A DNA stretch of 64,000 nt from an uncultured Candidatus Saccharibacteria bacterium (GCA_964401055.1 CAYNWW010000002.1:39935-103934), one strand, 5' to 3'; counted from the stretch's first letter, positions 9,350 to 17,908 are shown. Numbers and translations: made by a program. Notes: a model not told the origin generated them from the letters alone.

Positions 9350-10232
9350 GGTTTTTTTCGTTTTTGAATATACTCGTGTCAATTTTATCACTAAAATCCC
9401 ATTTTTTGTAAAATGCGAAGGCAAGGCTGGCTACGTTCAAACAAAAATCTTTCAGATCAGAATTATCATGTTTGCGCAGGTCGTTAGAAAGTAATTCTAT
9501 ATCCTTCTGCGCTGTAGCAAATATTAATTCTTTTGCCTCTTTAACTTTTAAATTCTTCCGCTCTAATAAGAACGATACCGCATTCACTTTCCCTTCTTCT
9601 TGCTCTTTTTCAAATGACCTAACATCATTCGCTAGCCTCGTAACAAGAAACAATCTATCGGCGCTTCTAAGAAATTTTTCCAACTCCTTGGCTGACTTAT
9701 GAGCCACTCGCTCATTAGAGAGAATAAAACATGACAAGAATAATGGCGTACCTATACTATACTTACCCTGCTCGATATATTCGCCCTCATCTACTTTAGC
9801 ATGTAATATTCTATTTGTATTTTCAAAAATCATTGCGTCAAGAGTTTTTGATAATGTTTGCTTCCAATAGTCTAGCAAAAATTTTCTTTTCACTTTGCCG
9901 CATAAAGAGTCAGTTATCTCTGAAATAATGCTTTGATAGTCAGCAAAAGCATCAATTTGCTGCTTTTTAAGTCCTGCAGCAAATAGGTCTTTAAATTTTC
10001 TTACATCTGACAGGCTAGCATTTGTATCAAGGTAATCGTCAATAGCAAATAGCCAAAGAACAACCTTGCTTAGAATAAGCTTGCTTTCAATATCAACCTG
10101 AAGCTTTTTCGTTGTATAATCCACAAAAAAACAGCTATTCTCGATACGAGAGCTCCTAACTACTGTGTGCGAATTCGCCCATTGACTAATATCACGTACG
10201 AGCACATCGTATGTACCACTACTATCTTTCAT
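9330..10232 (-). CDS. Class I terpene synthase, alpha domain, ent-kaurene-synthase-like
   Basis: DDxxD (AIDDYLD), EYIEQGKYSIG, NSE/DTE motif RLANDVRSFEKE followed by EGKVNAVS as in plant kaurene synthases. Confidence 0.88.
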   Translation of the reverse strand: MKDSSGTYDVLVRDISQWANSHTVVRSSRIENSCFFVDYTTKKLQVDIESKLILSKVVLWLFAIDDYLDTNASLSDVRKFKDLFAAGLKKQQIDAFADYQSIISEITDSLCGKVKRKFLLDYWKQTLSKTLDAMIFENTNRILHAKVDEGEYIEQGKYSIGTPLFLSCFILSNERVAHKSAKELEKFLRSADRLFLVTRLANDVRSFEKEQEEGKVNAVSFLLERKNLKVKEAKELIFATAQKDIELLSNDLRKHDNSDLKDFCLNVASLAFAFYKKWDFSDKIDTSIFKNEKNHVSRNS

Positions 10233-10241
10233 ACACTTAAA

Positions 10242-11621
10242 TTAATAATGACTAAAAAGACTACTTGTTGCATAAAGGCATTTATCAATCCAACAATAGG
10301 TGTTTTTCATAATCCTGGGATTAAAAATCTGCTCAACAAAAGATTTATCTACTAACACTTTATTAAGCAAAATTCTTTCAATATTTATCCAAAACGGATC
10401 ATATTTTAACATTGGCCGATTTAGAACTTTATTCTCTCCAAAGACCTTCAAAATTAACATTGCCGGATAATAAGGAGAGACATGCCACTTATCGTGAAAC
10501 AGTTTGCCCTCTTCTTGAAATTTTAATAACCGCCTGAAAATTTTTTCTTCGACCTCTTTGTCGTTATAACCAACCTCTTGTATAGCCTCTAGCAAATGCG
10601 CAATATGTGATGGACTAGACTCCATTTCTCCCCGAAAACAATAAATCCTATCACCATCAATAAATTTTCTTATAACTTCATGATTTACATCGACATTATT
10701 TTTTGAAAAAATTTTTATCGCGACAGCTGTATCATCCAAATCAGGAATATTTACAAATTTTGACCAACCGATTCCTCTATCATTATTCCAGTATTTTTTT
10801 AAATATTGGACGGCCTCATCTATATCATTCTGTAGATATTTTTCTATTTTAAGGTAATATATCTCACTCAAAACCCACAATCTAGCGAATATATCAATCG
10901 GGTAGTTCACGGGTAGAGCATTTTTAAATTTTTTTAGTGTACCTTTTATATAAGCAAGTGCAGCCTGATTCTTTGTCTTTAGAAACATAAAGGCAGTAGA
11001 CGAAGGGGAATTCAGAAATGATCCGTTCTCTGATTGTTGAACAAGGATCTTCTTATAATCCAGCAGACCCTCCAAGCCCTCCAAAGAATGAAGCAGCGTT
11101 GTCTGGCCGCTATATATATAAGCGACAGGAATCATTTTTAATTTTAGCTCCCTAGCCATTTCGATTTCTTGAATGATCAGACTATCGTACCTAAGCTTAA
11201 TTCCTAAAAACCGCGCAGTTTTTAATAGTGCGGGAAAGATTATCTCAAACCCCACAGTAGCTCGTGCGTCATTCCTTAAATTTTCTAGGTTGGCCGAGAT
11301 ATACTCCTCTCCCCTTTTGATCCTTCTAGGAGAGACGTTCCAGGTTTTTAAAGCAATTATAGAGCTTAATGTGCAGATAATTCTGTCATGATAATATTCT
11401 ATCCCCTTAGCCCCCCACGAGCCGTCAGCAATCTGATGAACCTGTAGCCAGCGAAGACACTCTGGAAACATTGGGCGACTAGGATCTTCTTCGGAGGGAA
11501 TACGCGCAACCCAAGCGGTATCATATGCAGAAGGCGAGATATAGCCTTCATCAATATTGCGGAGCAGTCTTTTTGCCTTTCCAACAAGAGCTCTTTTGAA
11601 TTTTTCCTCTTTTATAAGCAC
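10242..11621 (-). CDS. Class II diterpene cyclase, beta-gamma didomain, copalyl diphosphate synthase-like
   Basis: SAYDTAWVA, QIADGSWG, DRIICTL, GFEIIFP, TTLLHSLEG, NGSFLNSPSSTA, catalytic DxDD (PDLDDTAVA), DKWHVSPYY, WIDKCLY; GTG start. Confidence 0.93.
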   Translation of the reverse strand: MLIKEEKFKRALVGKAKRLLRNIDEGYISPSAYDTAWVARIPSEEDPSRPMFPECLRWLQVHQIADGSWGAKGIEYYHDRIICTLSSIIALKTWNVSPRRIKRGEEYISANLENLRNDARATVGFEIIFPALLKTARFLGIKLRYDSLIIQEIEMARELKLKMIPVAYIYSGQTTLLHSLEGLEGLLDYKKILVQQSENGSFLNSPSSTAFMFLKTKNQAALAYIKGTLKKFKNALPVNYPIDIFARLWVLSEIYYLKIEKYLQNDIDEAVQYLKKYWNNDRGIGWSKFVNIPDLDDTAVAIKIFSKNNVDVNHEVIRKFIDGDRIYCFRGEMESSPSHIAHLLEAIQEVGYNDKEVEEKIFRRLLKFQEEGKLFHDKWHVSPYYPAMLILKVFGENKVLNRPMLKYDPFWINIERILLNKVLVDKSFVEQIFNPRIMKNTYCWIDKCLYATSSLFSHY

Positions 11622-11650
11622 GGTATTTACAATAAGCCTAAATTATATAA

Positions 11651-11659
11651 ATTATAACA
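11651..11659 (-). promoter_or_regulatory. Extended -10 promoter upstream of the cyclase genes
   Basis: Perfect TGnTATAAT (TGTTATAAT) on minus strand about 30 nt before the GTG start. Confidence 0.55.
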
Positions 11660-11692
11660 CGACAACCTAATTTTCGATATTGTTGAACTTAA

Positions 11693-12973
11693 TCATAGGG
11701 AGTACAATTTCTCATCTTCATATATCGGAAATTTCAAAACGAATTCACTGCCAATTCCTCTTTTGCTCTGTACGGTAATTTCTCCCTTGTGCGCGTCCAT
11801 GATCTGTTTTGCTACAAATAGTCCAATGCCATCGCCCTCTTCTCGTTGCACAACATCTTGATGCGATCTATAAAACTTTTGAAATATACGATCAAGATCT
11901 GACGCGTCAATTCCAACACCGGTGTCTTGCACCGATACGCAGCTCATATGCGCATCATCAAACGCAACAACACGCACAGCCCCTCGCTGCGGTGTGTATT
12001 TAATCGCATTTATCAGCACATTATCAATCACTTCAACGACTCGCATTTGATCACAAAAAATTCTTTTCTTTGCTTTCAGATCAGACACCACGCTTAGATG
12101 CTTTTGCACAAAAAGCGGACGCAGCGAGTCAAGCTCTTTTGCAACCAAAAAATTCAAATCAACGACAGTTTTCTCTCCTGACTCAACATTGTGACCTGAC
12201 AATGTTCTCTGCCCAAATCGCCGAATAACCGCATGCAGGTTGTCGGCGGAATTCATTATCGATCGAATATTTACATCGTTCTTCTGATTTTTATCCGTCA
12301 TCTGCAACAACTCAGCATTTCCCTTAATCGCGGTGAGAGGATTTTTCAATTCGTGCGAAGCTTCAGCAAAAAATTGAGACTGCAACTCCGCATGCATACG
12401 CGCAGAATAAATTGCTCCGCCAACTGCATTTGCAACCGCCTCCAAAACATCAACGTCACGATCAAACATAAATTCATCATTGGCAACAAGTGCCAAGCCG
12501 CCTATCACTTTCTTGCCAAGCTTGATCGGTAAGGCAATAAACAATTTATATCGAAACATCGCCTGCAGCACGTCACAATTACGCTTAGAAACAATAGGAA
12601 ATAAAATATCAGATAGTCGCGTCGTAGTAAACAATTTTCCTTCCCGCAATGCACGCGCCGATAGTAACGTTGGGTGATTCACATCTAGTACGAGGCCGGC
12701 CAGCGCTTTTTGTGAAAATTTTTCCAAGAAATTTTGAAATTTATATGGCATTTGCACTCGTACGACACGAAATGTTTTTTCGTCCTTGCTCATAAGCGTA
12801 ATGCCAGAAACGCGATATCCAAGTTGAACCAAGAGCTCCTTGAGTGCAATGCGACAAATATCGTCTACATCAAAGTTTCCCGATATTTTTGCAGATACAC
12901 TTTTAATTAAGCTCAGCTGAGCCTTATATGTTGCAATTATCTCATCTTCAGTCGGATAAAGTCTCTTTGTCAT
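11693..12973 (-). CDS. Soluble GAF sensor histidine kinase (HK2)
   Basis: One GAF domain, ASHELKNPL, NVLINAIKYT, DTGVGI, GDGIGL; probable start ATG 12973 overlapping the upstream stop (ATGA). Confidence 0.92.
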   Translation of the reverse strand: MTKRLYPTEDEIIATYKAQLSLIKSVSAKISGNFDVDDICRIALKELLVQLGYRVSGITLMSKDEKTFRVVRVQMPYKFQNFLEKFSQKALAGLVLDVNHPTLLSARALREGKLFTTTRLSDILFPIVSKRNCDVLQAMFRYKLFIALPIKLGKKVIGGLALVANDEFMFDRDVDVLEAVANAVGGAIYSARMHAELQSQFFAEASHELKNPLTAIKGNAELLQMTDKNQKNDVNIRSIMNSADNLHAVIRRFGQRTLSGHNVESGEKTVVDLNFLVAKELDSLRPLFVQKHLSVVSDLKAKKRIFCDQMRVVEVIDNVLINAIKYTPQRGAVRVVAFDDAHMSCVSVQDTGVGIDASDLDRIFQKFYRSHQDVVQREEGDGIGLFVAKQIMDAHKGEITVQSKRGIGSEFVLKFPIYEDEKLYSL

Positions 12974-14898
12974 AGCGGTATTTGCACAACAAACTCCGCA
13001 CCCTTCCCTATCTCGCTCTTCACGCTTATCGTCCCACCATGCGTCTCCACGATTGACTTGCAAATCGCAAGCCCGAGGCCGGTGCCACCAAGTGCCTGAT
13101 CGCGCTCCTTGTCGACTCGGAAAAATCGCTGAAAAAGAAGTGGAATTTTATCAGCCGGAATCCCGGGACCAAAATCACGTACGGTAAAATGACACATATT
13201 CTGCTTCTTGTACGCGTTGATCAAAATACGCTCGTTGCTCGGGCTGTATTTAATAGCATTGCTTATCAAATTCGAAACAACCTGAGCCATTCCATCCCCA
13301 TCGAAAAACCCGATCAGCGGCGACTGCACGCTCGTCTCAAATCGGACACGTTTTGTGTTTGCCAAAGGCCTCAAAGCCTCGAGCTCGCGAAAAAAAATAT
13401 CAGCAATATCCACATTTTCACGGTGCAATTCGCGCGAACCACTTTCTTGTTGAGACAACAAAAGCAACTGACTGACCGCTCGCGTCATGCGATTGGCAGA
13501 CTGAATAATGTGATGCAACGCATCGCGCGACTTATCACCCGCAACAGGATTCAACAAGGAAACCATTTCCGCATTTCCTTTAATTGAGGCGAGTGGATTT
13601 TTCAACTCGTGCGACGTATTTGCCAAAAATAAAACCTGAGCTTCGTTCAATTTCTGCAGCTCTTTGACGTGAGCGCGCAAATCCTGAGAAAGCTGTGCGT
13701 GCTCGATTGAGCTCGCGATATGATGCGCAAATGTTTGCAGGAGATCGAGCTCCGATTCCGTTGTTCCGTCGGTAAATTTCGAAACAGAAAGCACTCCGAT
13801 GGCATGGTCGCCCACGATCAAAGGTATGGCCACAACTGTTTTGACGCCAACAGCTTTTTGCACAAGCTGAGCTGCTGCGTTGTTAATGAGTGGATGTGCA
13901 GCTTCGCCATAATCATTCGTCACAAAAACTTTTTTATCACAAAACGCACGCACAAATATATTTTTCTTATCTTCAAGAGAAAATTCAACCTGCGAGAGCG
14001 CCGTGTTGATCGCAAAACCGAATATATGCTTCTGAGTTTCGGTCGCGGCTAACTTCTCGAGGACCAACTTATTTTGTCTCTGGATAAATAATCCCGAAAT
14101 ATCATATCCAAATTGTTTACGTAAGCTCGCAGTAATTGCATCAAATACCTCTTTCACATCAAGCGACTGATTAATCAATGCCGTGGACTCAAGTATGGAC
14201 TTGAGCTGGTCTGATTGTTTTTTTACAAAAGCAATTTGCTTCTGATTTTCCTCAAACTTTTGCGCATTGGAGAGCGCGACTGCGATTTGATTTGCAAATG
14301 TCTGATAGAGCTGCGTATCGGTTTCGCTTATTCGCGCATCCTCAAATCCCATCGTAATCACGCCGATGGACTTTTGTTGCACAAGCAGCGGGATGGCTAT
14401 CGCACTTTTTGATCCCGCCAATCGCTGAAACCCACGGCCCACATACGCAGGAGCAACTCCGCGCACAAAGTCAGCAAAATCTTCAGAATACAACATGCGC
14501 TGCTCAACAAAAGAGCGAACAACAATATTTTCCCTCTGTTCAAGTAGAAAATAGAGACTATTAATTTTCTGCTTCATAGCCTTCTCTACAAAGCGGACTG
14601 CGCGGGTACTGTTATTTGTTCCCTTGCACACTAAGCGCTGCGCCAGCTCATCCCACAAAAATAGCGTTGGCGTTTTTATACCCACGATTCCCGACACCCG
14701 GAATAAAATATGATCAATAAGTTTATTTGTATTATTGATACTGGATATTTCTTGAAGTATGGATTGAAAAATTGTCAGGATGTGCGCGGCCGATTTTACC
14801 TCATTCGACACCTGCTGCAGCCCAATCAACTGATCAACAAAACGCCGCTCCGCGCCCGTCGCCTGTTCTTGTTTTTGCTCAGTATTGATCAGCGTCAT
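12970..14898 (-). CDS. Soluble GAF-GAF sensor histidine kinase (HK1)
   Basis: Two GAF domains, TSHELKNPL, NLISNAIKYS, DFGPGI, GGTGLGLAI; no TM. Confidence 0.93.
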   Translation of the reverse strand: MTLINTEQKQEQATGAERRFVDQLIGLQQVSNEVKSAAHILTIFQSILQEISSINNTNKLIDHILFRVSGIVGIKTPTLFLWDELAQRLVCKGTNNSTRAVRFVEKAMKQKINSLYFLLEQRENIVVRSFVEQRMLYSEDFADFVRGVAPAYVGRGFQRLAGSKSAIAIPLLVQQKSIGVITMGFEDARISETDTQLYQTFANQIAVALSNAQKFEENQKQIAFVKKQSDQLKSILESTALINQSLDVKEVFDAITASLRKQFGYDISGLFIQRQNKLVLEKLAATETQKHIFGFAINTALSQVEFSLEDKKNIFVRAFCDKKVFVTNDYGEAAHPLINNAAAQLVQKAVGVKTVVAIPLIVGDHAIGVLSVSKFTDGTTESELDLLQTFAHHIASSIEHAQLSQDLRAHVKELQKLNEAQVLFLANTSHELKNPLASIKGNAEMVSLLNPVAGDKSRDALHHIIQSANRMTRAVSQLLLLSQQESGSRELHRENVDIADIFFRELEALRPLANTKRVRFETSVQSPLIGFFDGDGMAQVVSNLISNAIKYSPSNERILINAYKKQNMCHFTVRDFGPGIPADKIPLLFQRFFRVDKERDQALGGTGLGLAICKSIVETHGGTISVKSEIGKGAEFVVQIPL

Positions 14899-14906
14899 CG
14901 TATGTA

Positions 14907-15869
14907 TTAAGACTTTTTCTTCACCCGCGAGCGAGCGCGACGACTCACCCCGGCAGCCCCACGTTTTTTTGCAGCGACTGCATGCCGTTTCTTTGCCACA
15001 GCCCGAGCCGCAAACTCTGCAGCGGCCACCTTCGCGGCTCTATTCTTGTGATATGGACGCGGCGCCCCAGAATCAGACTCGGCACTAGCCCCGTCAGCCC
15101 CGCCCACTTTCACCAAAATCGGCCGCAACGCCGAAGGCCGCACATAATTTTGCGCATGTGCCCGCGCCGCAGCGCCTTTGAGTTTTTCCAGCTTATACCC
15201 CACACCATGCTGCGTATGAATGAGCTGATCAGCGCCCGCACACCCCAACGCCTTTCGCAAAAAACGAATATGCACGTCGATCGTATTTGTAAACGGATCC
15301 GTGTTCATGTCCCACACTTGCTCGAGCAGCATTGTGCGCGTCAACACCATCTCGGGATTGCGCAAAAAATATTCGAGCAGCGCAAATTCTTTTTTTCCAA
15401 GGGCCACCTCCCGACCGGCACGTTTCACAATTCGCTTTGGCAAATCCATTTCAATATCCTCATAAGTCAGCACTGAGCCACCCGCCTTCCCCGAAGAAAC
15501 AATCTCTCGCCGACTCAACGCACGAATCCGCGCAAGCAATTCTTCAAAAGAAAATGGCTTTGTTAAATAATCATCAGCACCCGAATCCAGCGCCGCCACT
15601 TTTGTTTGAGTGTCGTCCTTGGCAGTCAACAGCAAAATAGGTTTTGTTTTATTTTTCACTCCGTGCTCACGAAGCTGGCGGGTCAACTCCAGCCCGTCCA
15701 TCACCGGCATACTGATATCAAAAATAAATAAATCATACGGGTTTGTTTTTGCCAAATACAAACCCTCACCCCCGTCGTGCGCCACATCAACCACATGATG
15801 AAACGTGCGCAAGCCCTTACTCACAAAATTACTGATCGCCGGCTCATCCTCAACAAAAAGGATCTTCAT
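14907..15869 (-). CDS. OmpR/PhoB-family response regulator with basic C-terminal extension
   Basis: VEDE, DISMP, LTAK, GADDYLTKPF receiver; winged helix TNTIDVHIRFLRK...IHT.HGVGY; Ala/Lys/Arg-rich tail. Confidence 0.94.
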   Translation of the reverse strand: MKILFVEDEPAISNFVSKGLRTFHHVVDVAHDGGEGLYLAKTNPYDLFIFDISMPVMDGLELTRQLREHGVKNKTKPILLLTAKDDTQTKVAALDSGADDYLTKPFSFEELLARIRALSRREIVSSGKAGGSVLTYEDIEMDLPKRIVKRAGREVALGKKEFALLEYFLRNPEMVLTRTMLLEQVWDMNTDPFTNTIDVHIRFLRKALGCAGADQLIHTQHGVGYKLEKLKGAAARAHAQNYVRPSALRPILVKVGGADGASAESDSGAPRPYHKNRAAKVAAAEFAARAVAKKRHAVAAKKRGAAGVSRRARSRVKKKS

Positions 15870-15896
15870 TGCAATACGTTAATAGTAGGATAAATC

Positions 15897-15930
15897 TATC
15901 CTAGCAGGCGAAGATTAAAAAAAGATTAAA
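15897..15930 (-). promoter_or_regulatory. Promoter with tandem 11-bp-spaced repeats (putative OmpR-type box)
   Basis: AAGATTAAA at 15911 and 15922 occupying the -35 position of a TGCTAGGAT extended -10. Confidence 0.5.
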
Positions 15931-16086
15931 TCTTCAAAAAAGTTATCCACAGGCCTATTTCAGCCCATTGTTGCAGGAAAATAGCCTCTACGCAAGGGCT
16001 GAGCAAATCTGGCTATCTGAGCCTAAAATCAAAAAAGACCGCAAACAAAGCGGGTCCTTTTCTATCAACAGTGATCACGAAAAAAA

Positions 16087-16131
16087 TGTTTGTGTCAACG
16101 AAGGATCTAGAATCCCTCGCTGACACAAACA
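16087..16131. terminator. Long stem-loop downstream of the M23 gene
   Basis: tgtttgtgtca...tgacacaaaca inverted repeat with inner paired segment. Confidence 0.5.
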
Positions 16132-16153
16132 CTGATCTGACCGCACGCCTCCT

Positions 16154-17908
16154 TTATTGAATCTCGCCTACATGGACCGCCTCGTGCCCATCGTCCAGAT
16201 ATTCACCGAACGACTCAAACACAAGGGTCTTGCCAGATACATGGTCTACAACCACGACATCCGCAAGTTGGTCCAAATTCACATCACGCACACAGACCGC
16301 ATAACGGCTCTCAGCGCCCGGCTGCACTGCTTGCACAACCAGGAACTGCGCATCATCTCGCGCGCCCTCAAACGAACCCTCAAGAGAAAGCGCCACATGA
16401 ATCGCGCCAGCCGTAGAATCAAGCGATACCAAATCAGCAAAACCATCCCCATCCACATCGCCTAGTGCAGACAATCCGCCGTTTGCAACAACACCGGCTC
16501 GCGCACCATAGATGACTTCAGCCCACGTCTCATGCCCCACAATCCGGCCGCGCTGAAAAAATTGCGTGCCGGTTTTGTCAGACTGATCAGACGTCGGGGC
16601 TCCCAGTGTCACAATTCCGTTTGCTGCCCGAAATGCATTCCAATACACACTGTGCACCAGGCGCACACGACCGTCAGATGAGTTGCGAATCATGGCGCCA
16701 GTGCCATAATAATCGCCTCCCTGAAAATCCTGAACCTGATACCCGTTCCAGTCGTGTACCGCCGCTGACGATGCGCCATTGGCGTACGGCACGCCCGGAC
16801 TGCGACGATCAGAACCATTCCAGATCATGCGGTTATAGCAATCGATAAAATCCTGCGTCGCATTCCAGGAGCCTTGCCCCGGAGATACGCCGCCATTGTA
16901 TGCGTATTGCACAAACCCACCATTGACCCAGCCATAATACGCACCATTGCCCATTTGGCGAGCCGAGCCCGAACGCAATGTAAACTCGTTCGTAATCGGC
17001 ACTCCAAACAAAGATGCGGGACCGCCCTGCGCAAACCAATTGGTCGCAAATCCACCGCGCACAACCCGAGCATCGTGTGCTCGCCCATTGGCATCGTCGA
17101 CAATAATACTTCGACCAAATACACCACCCTGGTAATCTTTTGCAAGCACCAAGTTGATGTTGTTGTTGTACCAGTGCAGATCGGAGGTAAGCGAACCAAA
17201 GTTCGCCACACCGCCATTCCTGTTGTACGCCGCATTTATTGCCTGATTTGCCAAAAACGCCTGCGGCTCGCGCCACTTGGCGAGTGTCGCCGAGTTGTTG
17301 CTATCGTATCCGGCCACATAATCACTATCGTGTCCAGGCGTATATGCGCCGATGCGTACACCCGTATGCAGATGGTGCCAATTCTCACCTGCACACGTGT
17401 AATAGTCTGCGACTTGCGCCACATACTGCCCCACACGCACGTTCATGCCAACTGAAGCAATACCGGCTTGCGCATTCTCGTTGTACACACCACCTTGCAG
17501 ATGGCCAAGCAATACCGTAATCGCTTGCCCGTCAGGAACTGTAGACTCGACGACCAATACATAGCCCTGGCCATAGCGTCCCCCGCTCCCACACGGTCCA
17601 ATCCAATTACCGTACCCATTAACCAACATACTCAAACGAACCACGCCGTTGACCGGTGAAAACACCTTGGTTCCAGTCGGAGTCCGCGACACAACCGAAT
17701 CTTGCCCCAAGTGATGACCACTCGAGCTAAATCCGCTGCTGCCATTGATCTCACCGAAATCCAACGCCTGGTTGCCCACCTTCAACGGACCGCCATCCAC
17801 CTTGTACCCCCACTGATCCAGCGGAAACGCAACTTGCGCCTGCGCCACACCAAGGAAAGCAAAGGCATTTACACACCAAAGAGCTCCCAAAACACATGAG
17901 CGATGCAT
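16154..17908 (-). CDS. Secreted M23 peptidase with LGFP-like repeats and C-terminal FG-GAP/VCBS-like repeats
   Basis: Signal peptide (AQA-Q), HLGQD (HxxxD), GT.VFSPVNG.V, GHL, HHLH; repeats FGVPITNE, LGAPTSDQ..QFFQRG; GDVDGDGFADL; AGGAGG RBS. Confidence 0.8.
   Translation of the reverse strand: MHRSCVLGALWCVNAFAFLGVAQAQVAFPLDQWGYKVDGGPLKVGNQALDFGEINGSSGFSSSGHHLGQDSVVSRTPTGTKVFSPVNGVVRLSMLVNGYGNWIGPCGSGGRYGQGYVLVVESTVPDGQAITVLLGHLQGGVYNENAQAGIASVGMNVRVGQYVAQVADYYTCAGENWHHLHTGVRIGAYTPGHDSDYVAGYDSNNSATLAKWREPQAFLANQAINAAYNRNGGVANFGSLTSDLHWYNNNINLVLAKDYQGGVFGRSIIVDDANGRAHDARVVRGGFATNWFAQGGPASLFGVPITNEFTLRSGSARQMGNGAYYGWVNGGFVQYAYNGGVSPGQGSWNATQDFIDCYNRMIWNGSDRRSPGVPYANGASSAAVHDWNGYQVQDFQGGDYYGTGAMIRNSSDGRVRLVHSVYWNAFRAANGIVTLGAPTSDQSDKTGTQFFQRGRIVGHETWAEVIYGARAGVVANGGLSALGDVDGDGFADLVSLDSTAGAIHVALSLEGSFEGARDDAQFLVVQAVQPGAESRYAVCVRDVNLDQLADVVVVDHVSGKTLVFESFGEYLDDGHEAVHVGEIQ

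Noticed and set aside
9350-9424. N-terminal extension of HK3 in the ORF track (likewise 12974-13063 for HK2)
   Set aside because: Overlaps the upstream gene extensively; downstream ATGs give typical short overlaps
9330-11621. Gibberellin operon or hopanoid/squalene cyclase interpretation
   Set aside because: No P450, ferredoxin or SDR genes as in rhizobial GA operons; motifs (SAYDTAWVA, LHSLEG) and the partner class I synthase indicate a diterpene cyclase, not squalene-hopene cyclase
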